Source: Basidiobolus meristosporus CBS 931.73 (lineage: Eukaryota; Fungi; Basidiobolomycota). From it: a stretch of DNA of 64,000 nt. Below the pieces are notes generated by a model, which did not search any database, was not told where the DNA came from, and saw nothing but the letters and a program-made list of their open reading frames with translations. The stretch covers positions 62,001 through 126,000 of the forward strand of contig MCFE01000153.1 in NCBI GenBank assembly GCA_002104905.1. Reading direction: 5' to 3'. This document shows, piece after piece, positions 13,915 to 24,780 of this stretch. Both the position numbers and the translations under genes were made by a program. Each line of letters opens with the position of its first letter. The first letter of the stretch is position 1.

Positions 13915-14150
13915 CCTCTCTAAGAAGCCCCTTTACCCTGAAGACACCCCTTTAGTCTAAAGATACCTTTGGGACCCCTTTAAGAAACCCCTTTACTCAA
14001 AAGAAGCCCTTTAGGCACCCCTGTAGCGTAAAATCCACTTTAGAGACCACTACAAGAAACCCCTTTACTCTAAAGACACTGCTTTAGACACCCCTTTAGG
14101 TCTAAAGACCGCTTTAGGGACTTCTACAACACACCCCTCTAGGTTAAAGG
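13915..14150. repeat. Degenerate tandem repeat (~60-75-bp unit, 3-4 copies) built from CCCCTTTA and CTAAAGAC motifs
   Basis: AAGAAACCCCTTTACTC recurs, and there are short palindromes such as CTAAAGACCGCTTTAG. Confidence 0.7.
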
Positions 14151-14154
14151 GGGG

Positions 14155-14679
14155 TTCAGAATTCCCATATAAAGAAATATTTTCTCATAAAGGAAAATCA
14201 ACTTGTTCCATCATTCCAGCTGATCATAGTGCCCAATAGTGCCATAGCATGCCAGATGGTGCCTGATCATGCCTCAGAGTGCCAGATGGTGCCATACAGT
14301 GCCAATTTAGGATCAAAATTGACATGCATATGACCCTAAAATATCAAATTAATAACAAAATGTACAGCACTCTCTGGCACTATGATCAATGGCACAATGG
14401 AACAAGTCTAATGACTTTCAAATTAGGAAAAGATACTATAAAAGTAAATTAGCCCATTAGTTGACAGAAGGTCAGAACACTGCTGTAGAAGTGAGAAACA
14501 CTGCCTATAATATTTTTTGGGCCTAAGATTGAGGATACTAGTGAAAGTTATATCTTCAATTGGTCTATCAAACTCCCAATAAACTATTTCAGTATTGGCA
14601 TACTGAAAGTTGTTGTATATTGCTGATTAGCCTCTACATTGTAGAACAAGCTTCAAACTAATCATAATACAACACAACA
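14155..14679 (+). repeat. LTR-like repeat interrupted by the MITE at 14201-14410
   Basis: Preceded by polypurine AAAGGGGGG and ending ACAACA. With the MITE removed it aligns with 24253-24562. Confidence 0.6.
14201..14410. mobile_element. ~210-bp MITE of the TAGACTTGTT family
   Basis: ACTTGTTCCA...TGGAACAAGTCTA termini (left end lacks the terminal TAG). TGCC repeats at an exact 10-bp period at 14230-14303. Confidence 0.7.
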
Positions 14680-17600
14680 TTTCTCATATAATGACAAGGA
14701 GATGCGACTCTTAAAGACATTGGTTGAGAAACCTATCAAGACTCATACAGTGCCCAACACACCTGGTCATTTAAGCCTTACTCACTGCCAAGAGGACTCC
14801 AAGCTGATATCCATGACCTACTTAAGAAGAATATAGAAGCTGGTATCCTAGAACCTTGCCATGGACCTTATGCTAACAGATGGTTTGTGACCAAAAAGAA
14901 GTACAGAGAGCTCCAATTCATTCAAGACATGCAACCTGCAAATGCTGTCACTATCAGAGATGCTGCTATACCTCCATCTTTTAATGACTTTGCAGAAAGC
15001 TTTGATGGCCACTCCATCTACTCAACATACAATCTCTACTCATAATATGACAAGATCCCCATTGATGAGACGTCAAGAGATATGTTTGCACTCCAGACAC
15101 CATTTGGACTGTTAAGGATGACAAGACTCAGCCAAGGGGCTACAAACTCCGTGGCTTAGTTCCAGAGATGCATGGTGAATGTGCTGTAGCTGTTTATACC
15201 TGAGAAACCTGCGGTCTTTGTTGATGACATATGCATCAAAGGACCAAAAATCTGGGACATCACTGAAGTTAGGCCTAGAGTGAGAAAGTTTGTCTATGAC
15301 AATATTTCAGACAATAATGCCTTATTAAGAGCCATTGAAAAAGCTGGACTTACAATGAGTAGTGAGAAAAGCAGCTTTGGTGTATCAGAGATATCTGTTG
15401 TTGGACAAAAATGCAACACCTTTGGTTGTTCACCTGGAGACTCCAACACACAAAAAATATGCAACTGACCTACCCCCACAAATCTAATACAAGCTTGTGG
15501 CTTTGTGGCAGCTTGTAGGCTCTTTAGAATCTGGATCCCAAGATTTTCTGAGATAGCAAAACCAATCTACTGACTTCAGAAACAGAATACACTATTTATC
15601 TGGGTAGAAGAGTAAGAAGAAGCCATGCAATTACTAAAAGAGGCCTTAGTATCTCCACTGGTTCTAAAACCTCTTGACTATCAGAGCACTCAATGCTCAC
15701 CTATTTTGACAGTGGATGCAAGCCTTATAGGAGCTGGGGCACTACTTGGCCAAGATGATGAAGATGGCAGCCACTATGCCTGCAGATATGAGAACTGCCT
15801 ATTCTCTCCTTGAGAACAAAGATACTTGCAGATTAAGAGAGAGCTACTACAAGTTGTGAAGATGCTGAGGAAGCTGAAGTCACAACTCTACATGACACAT
15901 TTCATCCTGGAGACAGATGCCAAGCCACTTACAGGAATGAGTATCAAGCCTGACCTACCTGATGATGCCACAAACCAATGGATAGCATGGCTGAAAATGT
16001 TTGACTTTAAGGTCAGACATATCCCCAACAAGACAAATGTTGTGGCTGATGCACTCTCCAGGAAGGGACCACAATTATTTGAAGGGTTGGACCCTGACTT
16101 TGATGATACAATTGATGCAGAGATCTGAGAGATTACCATCAAAGACCAAGAGAACTACCTGGAGCCTGATCAAGGAATATCTAAGGACACTCAAAAAACC
16201 TAGTTGGATTGATATTCAGGAGTTTAGAAGACTCAGAAAGAAGGCACACCACTACTATCTCAAAGATGATCTTCTCTTTAAACAAGTGAAGCCTGGACTT
16301 ATGCCAAGAAGAGTAGTCACTACCCCACAAGAGCAACTGAACATAACAAGTATCCACCAAGGAGAACCAGGAGGACATAGATGACAAGAAGCCACCTACA
16401 ATACCACAGCTCCAAGGTACTACTGGGAAAACATGCACTAAAATATTCAATACTTGGTTGAGTCATGTGCAGCTGGCCAGAAGAGATCCTCTAAGCATTA
16501 TAAAGAACTACTGCACCCTACTTACACAATCTATCTATGGCAAAAGGTTGGTATTGACTTTGCCCACATGCCAACACCAGGATCAAAGAAGTATCTGATT
16601 GTTGCTAGAGATGACCTTAGTGGATGGGCAGAGGCTCAAGCCTTGCCAAACAACAAGAGCCATACCATATAGATATAATACTTGATGATATTATCTGCAG
16701 ATTTAGCTGCATCCAACAACTTGTTGCTGACAGAGGAGAGATGACATCCCAAATGATCCAGGAGCTGTGCTCAAAGTACAAGACACAAATTGCTTTTACT
16801 ACAGCTTACCACCCTCAAGCCAATGGAATGATAGAGAGAGGACATGGACAACTGGTGAACTCTCTTGTCAAGACCTGTGAGAATAACACAACACTGTGGC
16901 CACAGCAATTACATCTTGCACTCTGGGCAGATAGAACTACCACCAAGTGAACAACTGTTTATCACCATTCAAGCTACTATATTGACATGACTGCATACTC
17001 CCAGTTGAGTTGAACATAGTCACTTGGAACTCATTGAGTTGAAGAACCAATATGCAGACTGAAGACCTCCTTGCAACTTGCATATAGCAACTTGATCACC
17101 ATGACTTGAATATCAACAGAGCTGCTGAACAACTTAAGGATACACAACTGAAGAACAAAGTGCCCTTTGACAAGACACACTCAACAAGACCAAAACCACT
17201 ATTGGTAGGAGTCCCGGTATACTCTATGACTCCACCTTGCACAAACAATGGAGTCAAAGGTTTGACAATAAAAGGACTGGCCCCTACCTCATTTTCAATG
17301 TGATTGGAAATGGAAGTTATTACATATCTGAGCTTGACAACACCCAGTTGAGAGCACCAGTTGCAGGGAACCAACTTGAGTTATTCAAGCATAGGAACTT
17401 TGCACATCTGGATTAGTTTGCTCTGCACCATGCTCAAAGCTGAGAGGGGGGTGGATGTAGTGGGGTCACAGTGACACCTGCCGACAGATGTGCTTGCTCC
17501 CATATTCTCTGCTTCCCTATTTCTCTACTACCCTTATTTTAGTTTTATTGCACTTGTCTTACTTGATTGTTACTATCCCATAAGCTGGCTGACTATCACA

Positions 17601-18894
17601 GCTGCTTATCTGATTGCATAAGTTATCCCTCACTTTATGCAAGATTACTAACAGTAAGTGCATATATATATTAGGCAAGCACCCACACCAGTACCCATGA
17701 CAAATGATCAACCTGTGTCACCATCCCTTCCATCTCCATACCATATATGGTATCCCTGTGTTACACATGTTTCTGGGTACTGATTCCTGATTGGTTTGAT
17801 GTGCTGTGCCTCTTAGAATCTTCCAGCACCTACTTAGAGCATTCTTAGGTCATTCTGATGTCATTAAGATTTCTATTGATATCTGGAACCTTCTGGAACA
17901 CCATGATTAGTAATCACTTGACCAGTGAGAAAAGTATATAAGGGAGGCTATCCCTCAACAATAAATCATCATCCCTTTTATCAATATACCAACTTGTTGA
18001 TTAGTGTGACCACTGCTACCTGCTGCTACCTGAACTTCCAATCTCAGACCACAGGACACTCCCAGGAAATTATGCTGACAGCCAACAACCTTGGAGGCAC
18101 TACTTGTGAGGAATACTCAGAGCAGGTATCTTTTATTTTATTTGATTCTTTCCCAAGTTGGTTCTTGTACAGGCCAAGATACCTTTCTGCCTTTGTAACT
18201 ATTGACCACAGCTGCATTCATATCAAGCCCCTGCTGGTGGTGTTTACAGTTGTTTCATCTTTGGAAGCTTTAGTACATTGTCATCTCAAATGATGCTTAA
18301 CCCAGCATGTACTTTTGTTAATATGCCAACTATGTTGGGGATTGTAGCTCAATAGTTTTCCCTTGACAAGCTTTAGGCTTTATCCCCTTTCACATTAGAT
18401 TAGAGACAAAATGCAAGTATTCCTAGCAAGCTTTTGCCAGAGGTTACTGCACCCAGTGAACACCCCAAACACAAAACACTTGAGAAGTGTTTGACGTATC
18501 ACTCCCTTGGACTTATGCAACACCACAGCAGGTGGTTCCAACATGGATCAGCAGTCAGGGTCAATTTAGAGACCATCATAATACCAGCAGCTGGGAATTA
18601 GTAACCCCATTAACAATCTTATTACTGGATCACATTAGCATTTTGCTAATTTCACTTCCAAATAAAGGGATAAAATTTGACAAGATTTTATTGGTACTGT
18701 GACAATAATTGCATGGTATTATTGCGGTCTTTTTGCACTCTATGACTATTTTAAGTGGATCCAACCAGCCAGGACATCTAAGTGCCTTATATGGCAAGAA
18801 ACTTGACAGCATTTTGATGGCCTTACAGCAAGACTCTGATGGCATTATATTGGCAGTATGAAGGCCTAGAGCTGGTTCTGTATAATGCTACCAT

Positions 18895-19965
18895 TGTGGT
18901 GGTCTATAAGTCCAAGGGAGGGATACGTCCAACACTTCTCAAGTGTTTTGTGTGTGGGGTGTTCACTGGGTGCAATAACCTCTGGCAAAAGCTTGCTAGG
19001 AATACTTGGGTTCTGTCTCTAATCCAATGTGAAGGGGAATAAAGCCACCAGCTTGTCAAGGGAAAACTATTGAGCTACAATCCCCAACTTAGTTGGTGTC
19101 TTAACAAAAGTATGTGCTGGGTTTGGCATACTTTGAGATGGGAATGTACTAAAGCTTCCAAAGATGAAACAACTGTAAACACCACCAGCAGGGACTTGAT
19201 AACAATGCAGCTGTGGCCAATAGTTAAAAAGACAGAAGAGTATCTATACCTGTACAAGAACAAACTTGGGAAAGAATCAAATATAATAAAAGATACCTAC
19301 TCTGAGTATTCCTCACAACTAGTGCCTCCAAGGTTGGTTGGCTGTCAGCGCGGTTTCCTGGGAGTGTCCTGTGGTCTGGGGTTGGAAGTTCAGGTAGCTG
19401 CAGGTAGCAGTGATCACACTAATCAACAAGTTGGTACATTGATAAAATGGATGATGATTTATTGTTGAGGGATAGCCTCCCATATATACTTTTCTCACTG
19501 GCTAAGTGATTACTAATCATGGTATTCCAGAAGGTTCTGGATATCAATAGAAACCTTAATGATATCAGAATGACCTAAGAATGTTCTAAGTAGGTGCTGG
19601 AAGGTTCTAAGAGGCACAGCACACCCAACAAAGCAGGAATCAGTATTCTGAAACCTGTGTAGCATAGGGATACCATATATGGTATGAAAATGGTGGGGAT
19701 GGTGACACAGGCTGATCATTTGTCACTGGTACTGGCGTGGGTACTTCTCTAATATAGAAGCACTTATAGCTAGTAATCTTACATAAAGTGAAGGGTAACT
19801 TATGCAATAAGGTAAGCAGGTGTGAGAGTCAACCAGCTTATGGGATAGTACTGATTGGGTAAGACAAATGGGATAAAACTAAAATAAGTGTAGTAGAGAT
19901 ATAGGGAAGTAGAAAATATGGGAGCAAGCATATCTGTCAGCAGGTGTCACTGTCACCCCACTACA
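18895..19965 (-). repeat. Solo LTR of the Gypsy D family (1071 bp), inverted relative to 17456-18527
   Basis: The reverse complement aligns end to end with 17456-18527. There is a perfect 4-bp TSD CCAT (18891-18894 and 19966-19969). Confidence 0.9.
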
Positions 19966-19999
19966 CCATACCAATTTACCAAATGGTATTTTCTTTTTC

Positions 20000-22900
20000 T
20001 ACCCCCACCCTTGTGCAATTCATATATTCCACTGTAGAATCACCCCTCTTTATTTGCTTACCCACTACTACCTTGGGTATTCTACATATAGTTTGAATCA
20101 AAAGAAACTTTGGCCTTCTGCTTACCCACCTCTATAACATGCACACCTGCTGCAATTGACATACTTCTATCACCTCAACTTTAAGGCTTTTTAGTGTGAT
20201 ACTTGCAAAGTTGCCATATACCTTGTATTGCTGGTAACATATACACTAGTAAGTATATGTGTGGTTGTTGCCACTTCTGCCATGAATACCTCCTGAATAT
20301 CTGCAAAGACACTTTGATATTTAGACAACATATCCCTTCTCCCTGCTGGATTCTAGTCTGCCTTATAGGTGTACTCTGGCTCTTGTTTGTGTTAGTTCTG
20401 TATTGCATTGTGTAGAAATTGACTGGTGACCAAGAGAAACCTAGCATACTTCAGTAGAGCTTGCCTAATAAAAATTGGTTGCTTGTTGCACCCAACCCAA
20501 CTTGCATTACTTAACTGATTGCCCATGCATAGTGACTAGACTTGTTCCGTTGGATAGTGCCACATTGAGCCATGAGTGCCAAATAGTGCCATAGTGTGCC
20601 TGAGAGTCATAGCAGACCTAAACTTGGCCACAGAGTGTGACATATAGTTCTGCATATTCATGCAAAGCAGCCCCTGTGTTTCACCTACTGTGCAGGAGAA
20701 AACCATTTTTTTAACCTTTTTTTTGGGATCAAAATTGTGCATGACGTAAAAGAGCACAGACAGACTGAAGGTATGCATCTGGTACACAATACCCATGGCA
20801 CTCTAAATCTAGCCCCACAGGCTTGTAGCATGTCACAAAAATGCATGGCACTATCTTGGTCCACTGGTACTATCTGGCACTATAAGTGCTTTGTATAGGT
20901 TCTACTTTAGGGCTAATATTTGAATATAGTGCCAGATAGTACTAGTGGACCAAGATAGTGCCATGCATTTTTGTGACATGCTACAAGCCTGTGGGGCTAG
21001 ATTTAGAGTGCCATGGGTATTGTGTACCAGATGCATACCTTCAGTCTGTCTGTGCTCTTTTACGTCATGCACAATTTTGATCCCAAAAAAAAGGTTAAAA
21101 AATTGATTTTCTCCTGCACAATAGGTGAAACACAGGGGCTGCTTTGCATGAATATGAAGAACTATATGCCACACTCTGTGGCCAAGTTTAGGTCTGCTAT
21201 GACTCTCAGGCACACTATGGCAATATTTGGCACTCATGGCTCAATGTGGCACTATCCAACGGAACAAGTCTACTGCCTAACTTCTTAATATCATAGGCAT
21301 AGGTGTTCCATGTGCACATCTATCCTCAGTATTTTCCAGCTCTTCCTGGCTGTCCGCTTTGTGCCAACTCATCACATCTATGACAGACTTGAAGGTAATA
21401 CTGTTGATGAGATTGGGATATGGTAGTACTTGAAACTTGACTTGTTCTCATATCTCCCCATGCACTCACACCATAGGAAACTCCTAGAAGGTGAAGCAAG
21501 GTCAAATACTCTCAGCACTCCAAGCAAGATGGAATAGCAAATGGATACAGTAGCAGCAGAGATTACCAGCTCAGCTTTATGTCTGTAGTATAGCTACTCA
21601 GATCCCACCACAAGCTCTTTCCACAAAAGCTGTAGATGCATCAAGTTGATGTTGGTGATCCACATCTTGATAATTATTCTTTCAATATCTGCATGTGACT
21701 CCTAATGCTTCCAATGTACTCTTGGTAGAAATGGCTTCAGTAGGTCACATGAATAAGTATATATCCAGCTCATCCAGTCCTAGCTCTTGTGTTATTGAAT
21801 ATGCATATGAATATTGATTGAAACCTGTGGGAAGTACCTATGGTAGCAAATATTTTGTAAAATCTTACCAATTCTTTGAAATTTCTCCCATATCTCCAAG
21901 GGCTCAGTTAGCTTGAAGTGCCCCTTGCACAACTTGGTGATCAGTATAGGGATGTTGTTGAAAAGCAAATGCACTGCTCTCAGTGGAAAGCTTTTACTCC
22001 AACAGATACCCTCTATCTTAAGTATCTCCAGTTTCCAATTAACTCCATATTACAGCTGATGGCTTATACCTTGCCAAATTTGCTGCAATTGCATGCTGAC
22101 TTCTGCATGTTCTCTTGGTAGATAGATGATTATCTTAGTGTTGGTGCTTGAGTAGTAATTGCAAGTGTGAGTAGTGGAGTAAGTCCCCTGGATCTCACAC
22201 ATTCAACAGCTTTACTTTCAATTATGTCTAGAAAACCCACCTATCTTGCAGATGGCTGGGGTATCTCCAATGCAGATAATAATAAGCACTTTTTAGATGA
22301 CATCCTTCTACTGTAATCCTTGCTGGAAAGCATACAAATCTCATCCAGCAATGTATACATGTAGCTATCCAAGTTGGGCAGCAATATAGGCCCAGATACC
22401 AGTGAGACTACCATAACATTTTGGCTCTATTGCTATAATATAGGCAGTGGATTCAGGCTAATGAGTGTTAGTGGCCAGCAGGTTTTGCTGGTTGAGTACT
22501 TTTAATGAGGATTCATCAAGTGCCAAAGCAAAGGCATGATCATACATATCCTCAAAGTAGCCCTTGTCTCTTAGCTGTTTGTAGTGTTTGTAATCAAATA
22601 AAATGGATACATTTGTGCTTGATTGATACTGAGTGTGGTACTGTATAGCTTCACAATACTTGTTGGACTGCATGAGCATCTATAGATGGGATATTACTGG
22701 AATATATCCTGAGTGCGAACAATGTTCTCCAATCAATAGTGGTGGATTCCTGAAAGGTTAGACATCTTGTATTGGTGGCATTCTCTGATGTGAATGCCAT
22801 GCACCTGCTAACACATGCTGGTATTAGGACAGTCTCTGGGTCATATGTTGTCAGCCATGTGACAGTTGTCCATTTATACCATGTATATGGTAAGTTGCAT

Positions 22901-23500
22901 CCCAGGATGATTTTGGCAAGAAGTAGCAGCAAATCCTCACCACCCCTGTCACTGATATAAGTGGAAATGCGGCACTTCTCTAGCCACAGCACCATATCAT
23001 TCACCAGTGGAGAGATTACTGGGATCATTTGAATCCATAAAGTATCTTTGGCAATTGTTTCCACAGATGCTGTTTTATTGCATAATGGGATTTTGCTAAG
23101 CTAATGCAGGGCACTGATATTAGGGCAGATAGGCTTAGAATCTATCAGAGGGCCTGCTTCTTCAGAGATTTCACTCTGCATGCCATATTCCAAAGGCTAT
23201 GGTGTGCCTAAAGGCAGCATAAACTCACCTGACTCAGTTTATGCAAGGTGACAAATGCTGCTAGGTGCCATTATAGACCTATCAAGTGGCTGGCAAGACA
23301 TTATTGGTATGGTAATGACTGGTGAGTGGTAAAATATGACCTGTGTGGCAAAACACTGGTGGTGATCCTTGTAATAATTCCTATGCTGTCTGCATGCTTC
23401 ATAAATGAGAGGCTTGTTTGAATAACCATGTGGCCTTATTTCTCTCCTCTTACAGTATTGAATCAAAGTAGTCTTGTCATAAGGCAAACAGTTTGATACT
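20000..23500 (-). pseudogene. Decayed CACTA/En-Spm (Transposase_21/Tnp2-like) transposase
   Basis: Minus-strand remnants: CVSRCMAFTSE...RC (Cys-rich N-terminal part), HYKQLRDKGYFED...FALALD, SGPILLPNLDSYMYTLLDEI, IGDTPAICKIGGF.RHN...C*MCEIQG. These resemble fungal Tnp2 motifs as I recall them. Termini were not found and bounds are approximate. Confidence 0.65.
20537..21272. mobile_element. 736-bp foldback element: ~348-bp inverted arms (20537-20884, 20925-21272) around a 40-bp spacer
   Basis: The arms are near-perfect reverse complements (~7 mismatches by eye). ORFs 20536-20796(-) and 21013-21288(+) mirror each other. Termini are TAGACTTGTTCCG...CGGAACAAGTCTA. Confidence 0.92.
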
Positions 23501-24252
23501 TAACAACATAATGCTATTATATCTTTTTTTTGTCACTAGTCATGGAAATTCAAGACAGTCTTGTATTTGAGACATTGCGCTTTTATGATTTTATGATTCA
23601 ATGCTGACCTGCTATAGTAAGTATTATAAATAAAGTTGTGCACTACATATGCATATATATGTGACACTATTTTCAGTTTGGCTTGACTCACCACAATAGT
23701 TATGCCGCCAAAAAGTAAAGTAAAGTTGTCAAGTGCCCAACTAAACTCTAGTACTGACAGCAGCAGAAGAACAGTTGGACAACAGCTTGCTTTGACATTT
23801 GGAGAAACAAGTGGGGCTACAACCATAAAGTGCTCTGTGGGCCATGTGCCCACCAAAGGTACCATGGCAGGCTCCTCAGGCTCTCAGCTAAGTAGGCAAT
23901 TGGGAATCTCTGCACAGCCAAAAGCTGACCATAATGCTGAGGCATATGAGAATATAGCAAAGCAGTACCTTCAGTTGAAGACCAGCAAGTGGCTGCCATA
24001 ACATTATCACCACCCATATTAGTAAGTATGGTGTCAGCTCATACCAAAGCATTAATGAGGCAATAAGGTGCAGTGGCTGATAGGATAGATGCAATGACTC
24101 AGAGAAATCAGGTAATAGTCAAGAAGCATCATGAGTGGATAAAAGGTGCAGAGTAATCATTATTGCAGGTAGAGAGAGCAGTATCTTTGCTGCAAAGAAG
24201 AAACTCAAGTAGTTATGTGTCACAGCCAAGAATTGAGCCATTAGAAGGGGAG

Positions 24253-24562
24253 TTTAGAATTTTTATATTAGAAAACATTCTCTCTGAGAGCACAGAGACT
24301 TTAAAATAAGGAAAAGTTACCATAAAAGTAAATAAGCCCAATAGGCAACAGAAGGTCAAACACAGCTGTAGAAGTGAGAAACACTGCATATAGAATATTT
24401 TGAGCCTAAGATAGAGGATATTAGTGAAAGCTATATCTTCTGTTGGTATATTAAACTCCCAATAAACTATTTCAGTATTAGCATACTGGAAGTTGTTGTA
24501 TATTGATAATTGGCCTCAACATTGTAGAACAAGCCTCAAACTAATCATGATACAGCATAACA
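24253..24562 (+). repeat. LTR-like repeat, second copy of 14155-14679
   Basis: Shares CTGTAGAAGTGAGAAACACTGC and AAACTCCCAATAAACTATTTCAGTATT. It follows AGAAGGGGAG and ends ATAACA. Confidence 0.6.
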
Positions 24563-24589
24563 GATAGTGATAAGGATTGGTCATGTGTT

Positions 24590-24773
24590 ATGGGTACTGG
24601 CACAGGCACCTGCCAAATATAAAGCACTTACATCAAGTAATCTTACATAATATGAGGGATAACTAATGCAATAAGGTAAGCAGGTGTGATAGTCAGCCGG
24701 CCTATGGGATAGTGTGGATCAAACAAGTCAGATGGGATAGAGCTAATAGAAGGGTAGTAGAAAAGTAGGGAAG
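24590..24773 (-). repeat. Fragment of a Gypsy D-family LTR
   Basis: Aligns with ~19725-19912 (AGTAATCTTACATAA...TGCAATAAGGTAAGCAGGTGTGA). Confidence 0.65.
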
Positions 24774-24780
24774 TGATCAT

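Larger units (their letters stand above)
12060..18527 (+). mobile_element. Ty3/Gypsy element D: decayed pol with a large nested insert (~12490-14679) and 3' LTR 17456-18527
   Basis: RT FVDDICIKG (~15220), RH LTVDASLIGAGALLGQ and FILETDAKPL, IN WQKVGIDFAHMP and TAYHPQANGMIERG. The PPT GAGAGGGGGGTGGA directly precedes TGTAGTGG at 17456, and the LTR ends CACCACA. The left bound is approximate. Confidence 0.85.

Noticed and set aside
14048-14060. CACTACAAGAAA as the terminus of a CACTA element
   Set aside because: It is embedded in a tandem-repeat unit and I found no matching inverted terminus. It is mentioned only within the minisatellite finding.
13915-14150. Interstitial telomere repeats
   Set aside because: The CCCCTTTAG/TTTAGGG-like words are scattered within longer units and do not form tandem TTAGGG arrays.
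14230-14303. CRISPR-like or coding repeat
   Set aside because: The period is only 10 bp, there is no repeat-spacer architecture or cas gene, and the context is eukaryotic.
17925-19468. ORFs inside the long LTRs (17925-18293, 19070-19468, 19075-19263) as LTR-encoded genes
   Set aside because: They begin at GTG/TTG-type starts, lack known motifs, and their frames are not consistently preserved between the two LTR copies.
20536-21288. Twin ORFs MGIVYQMHTF... on opposite strands (and the similar ORF 31239-31484) as a small protein family
   Set aside because: They arise from the inverted arms of a non-coding foldback element and have no recognisable domain.
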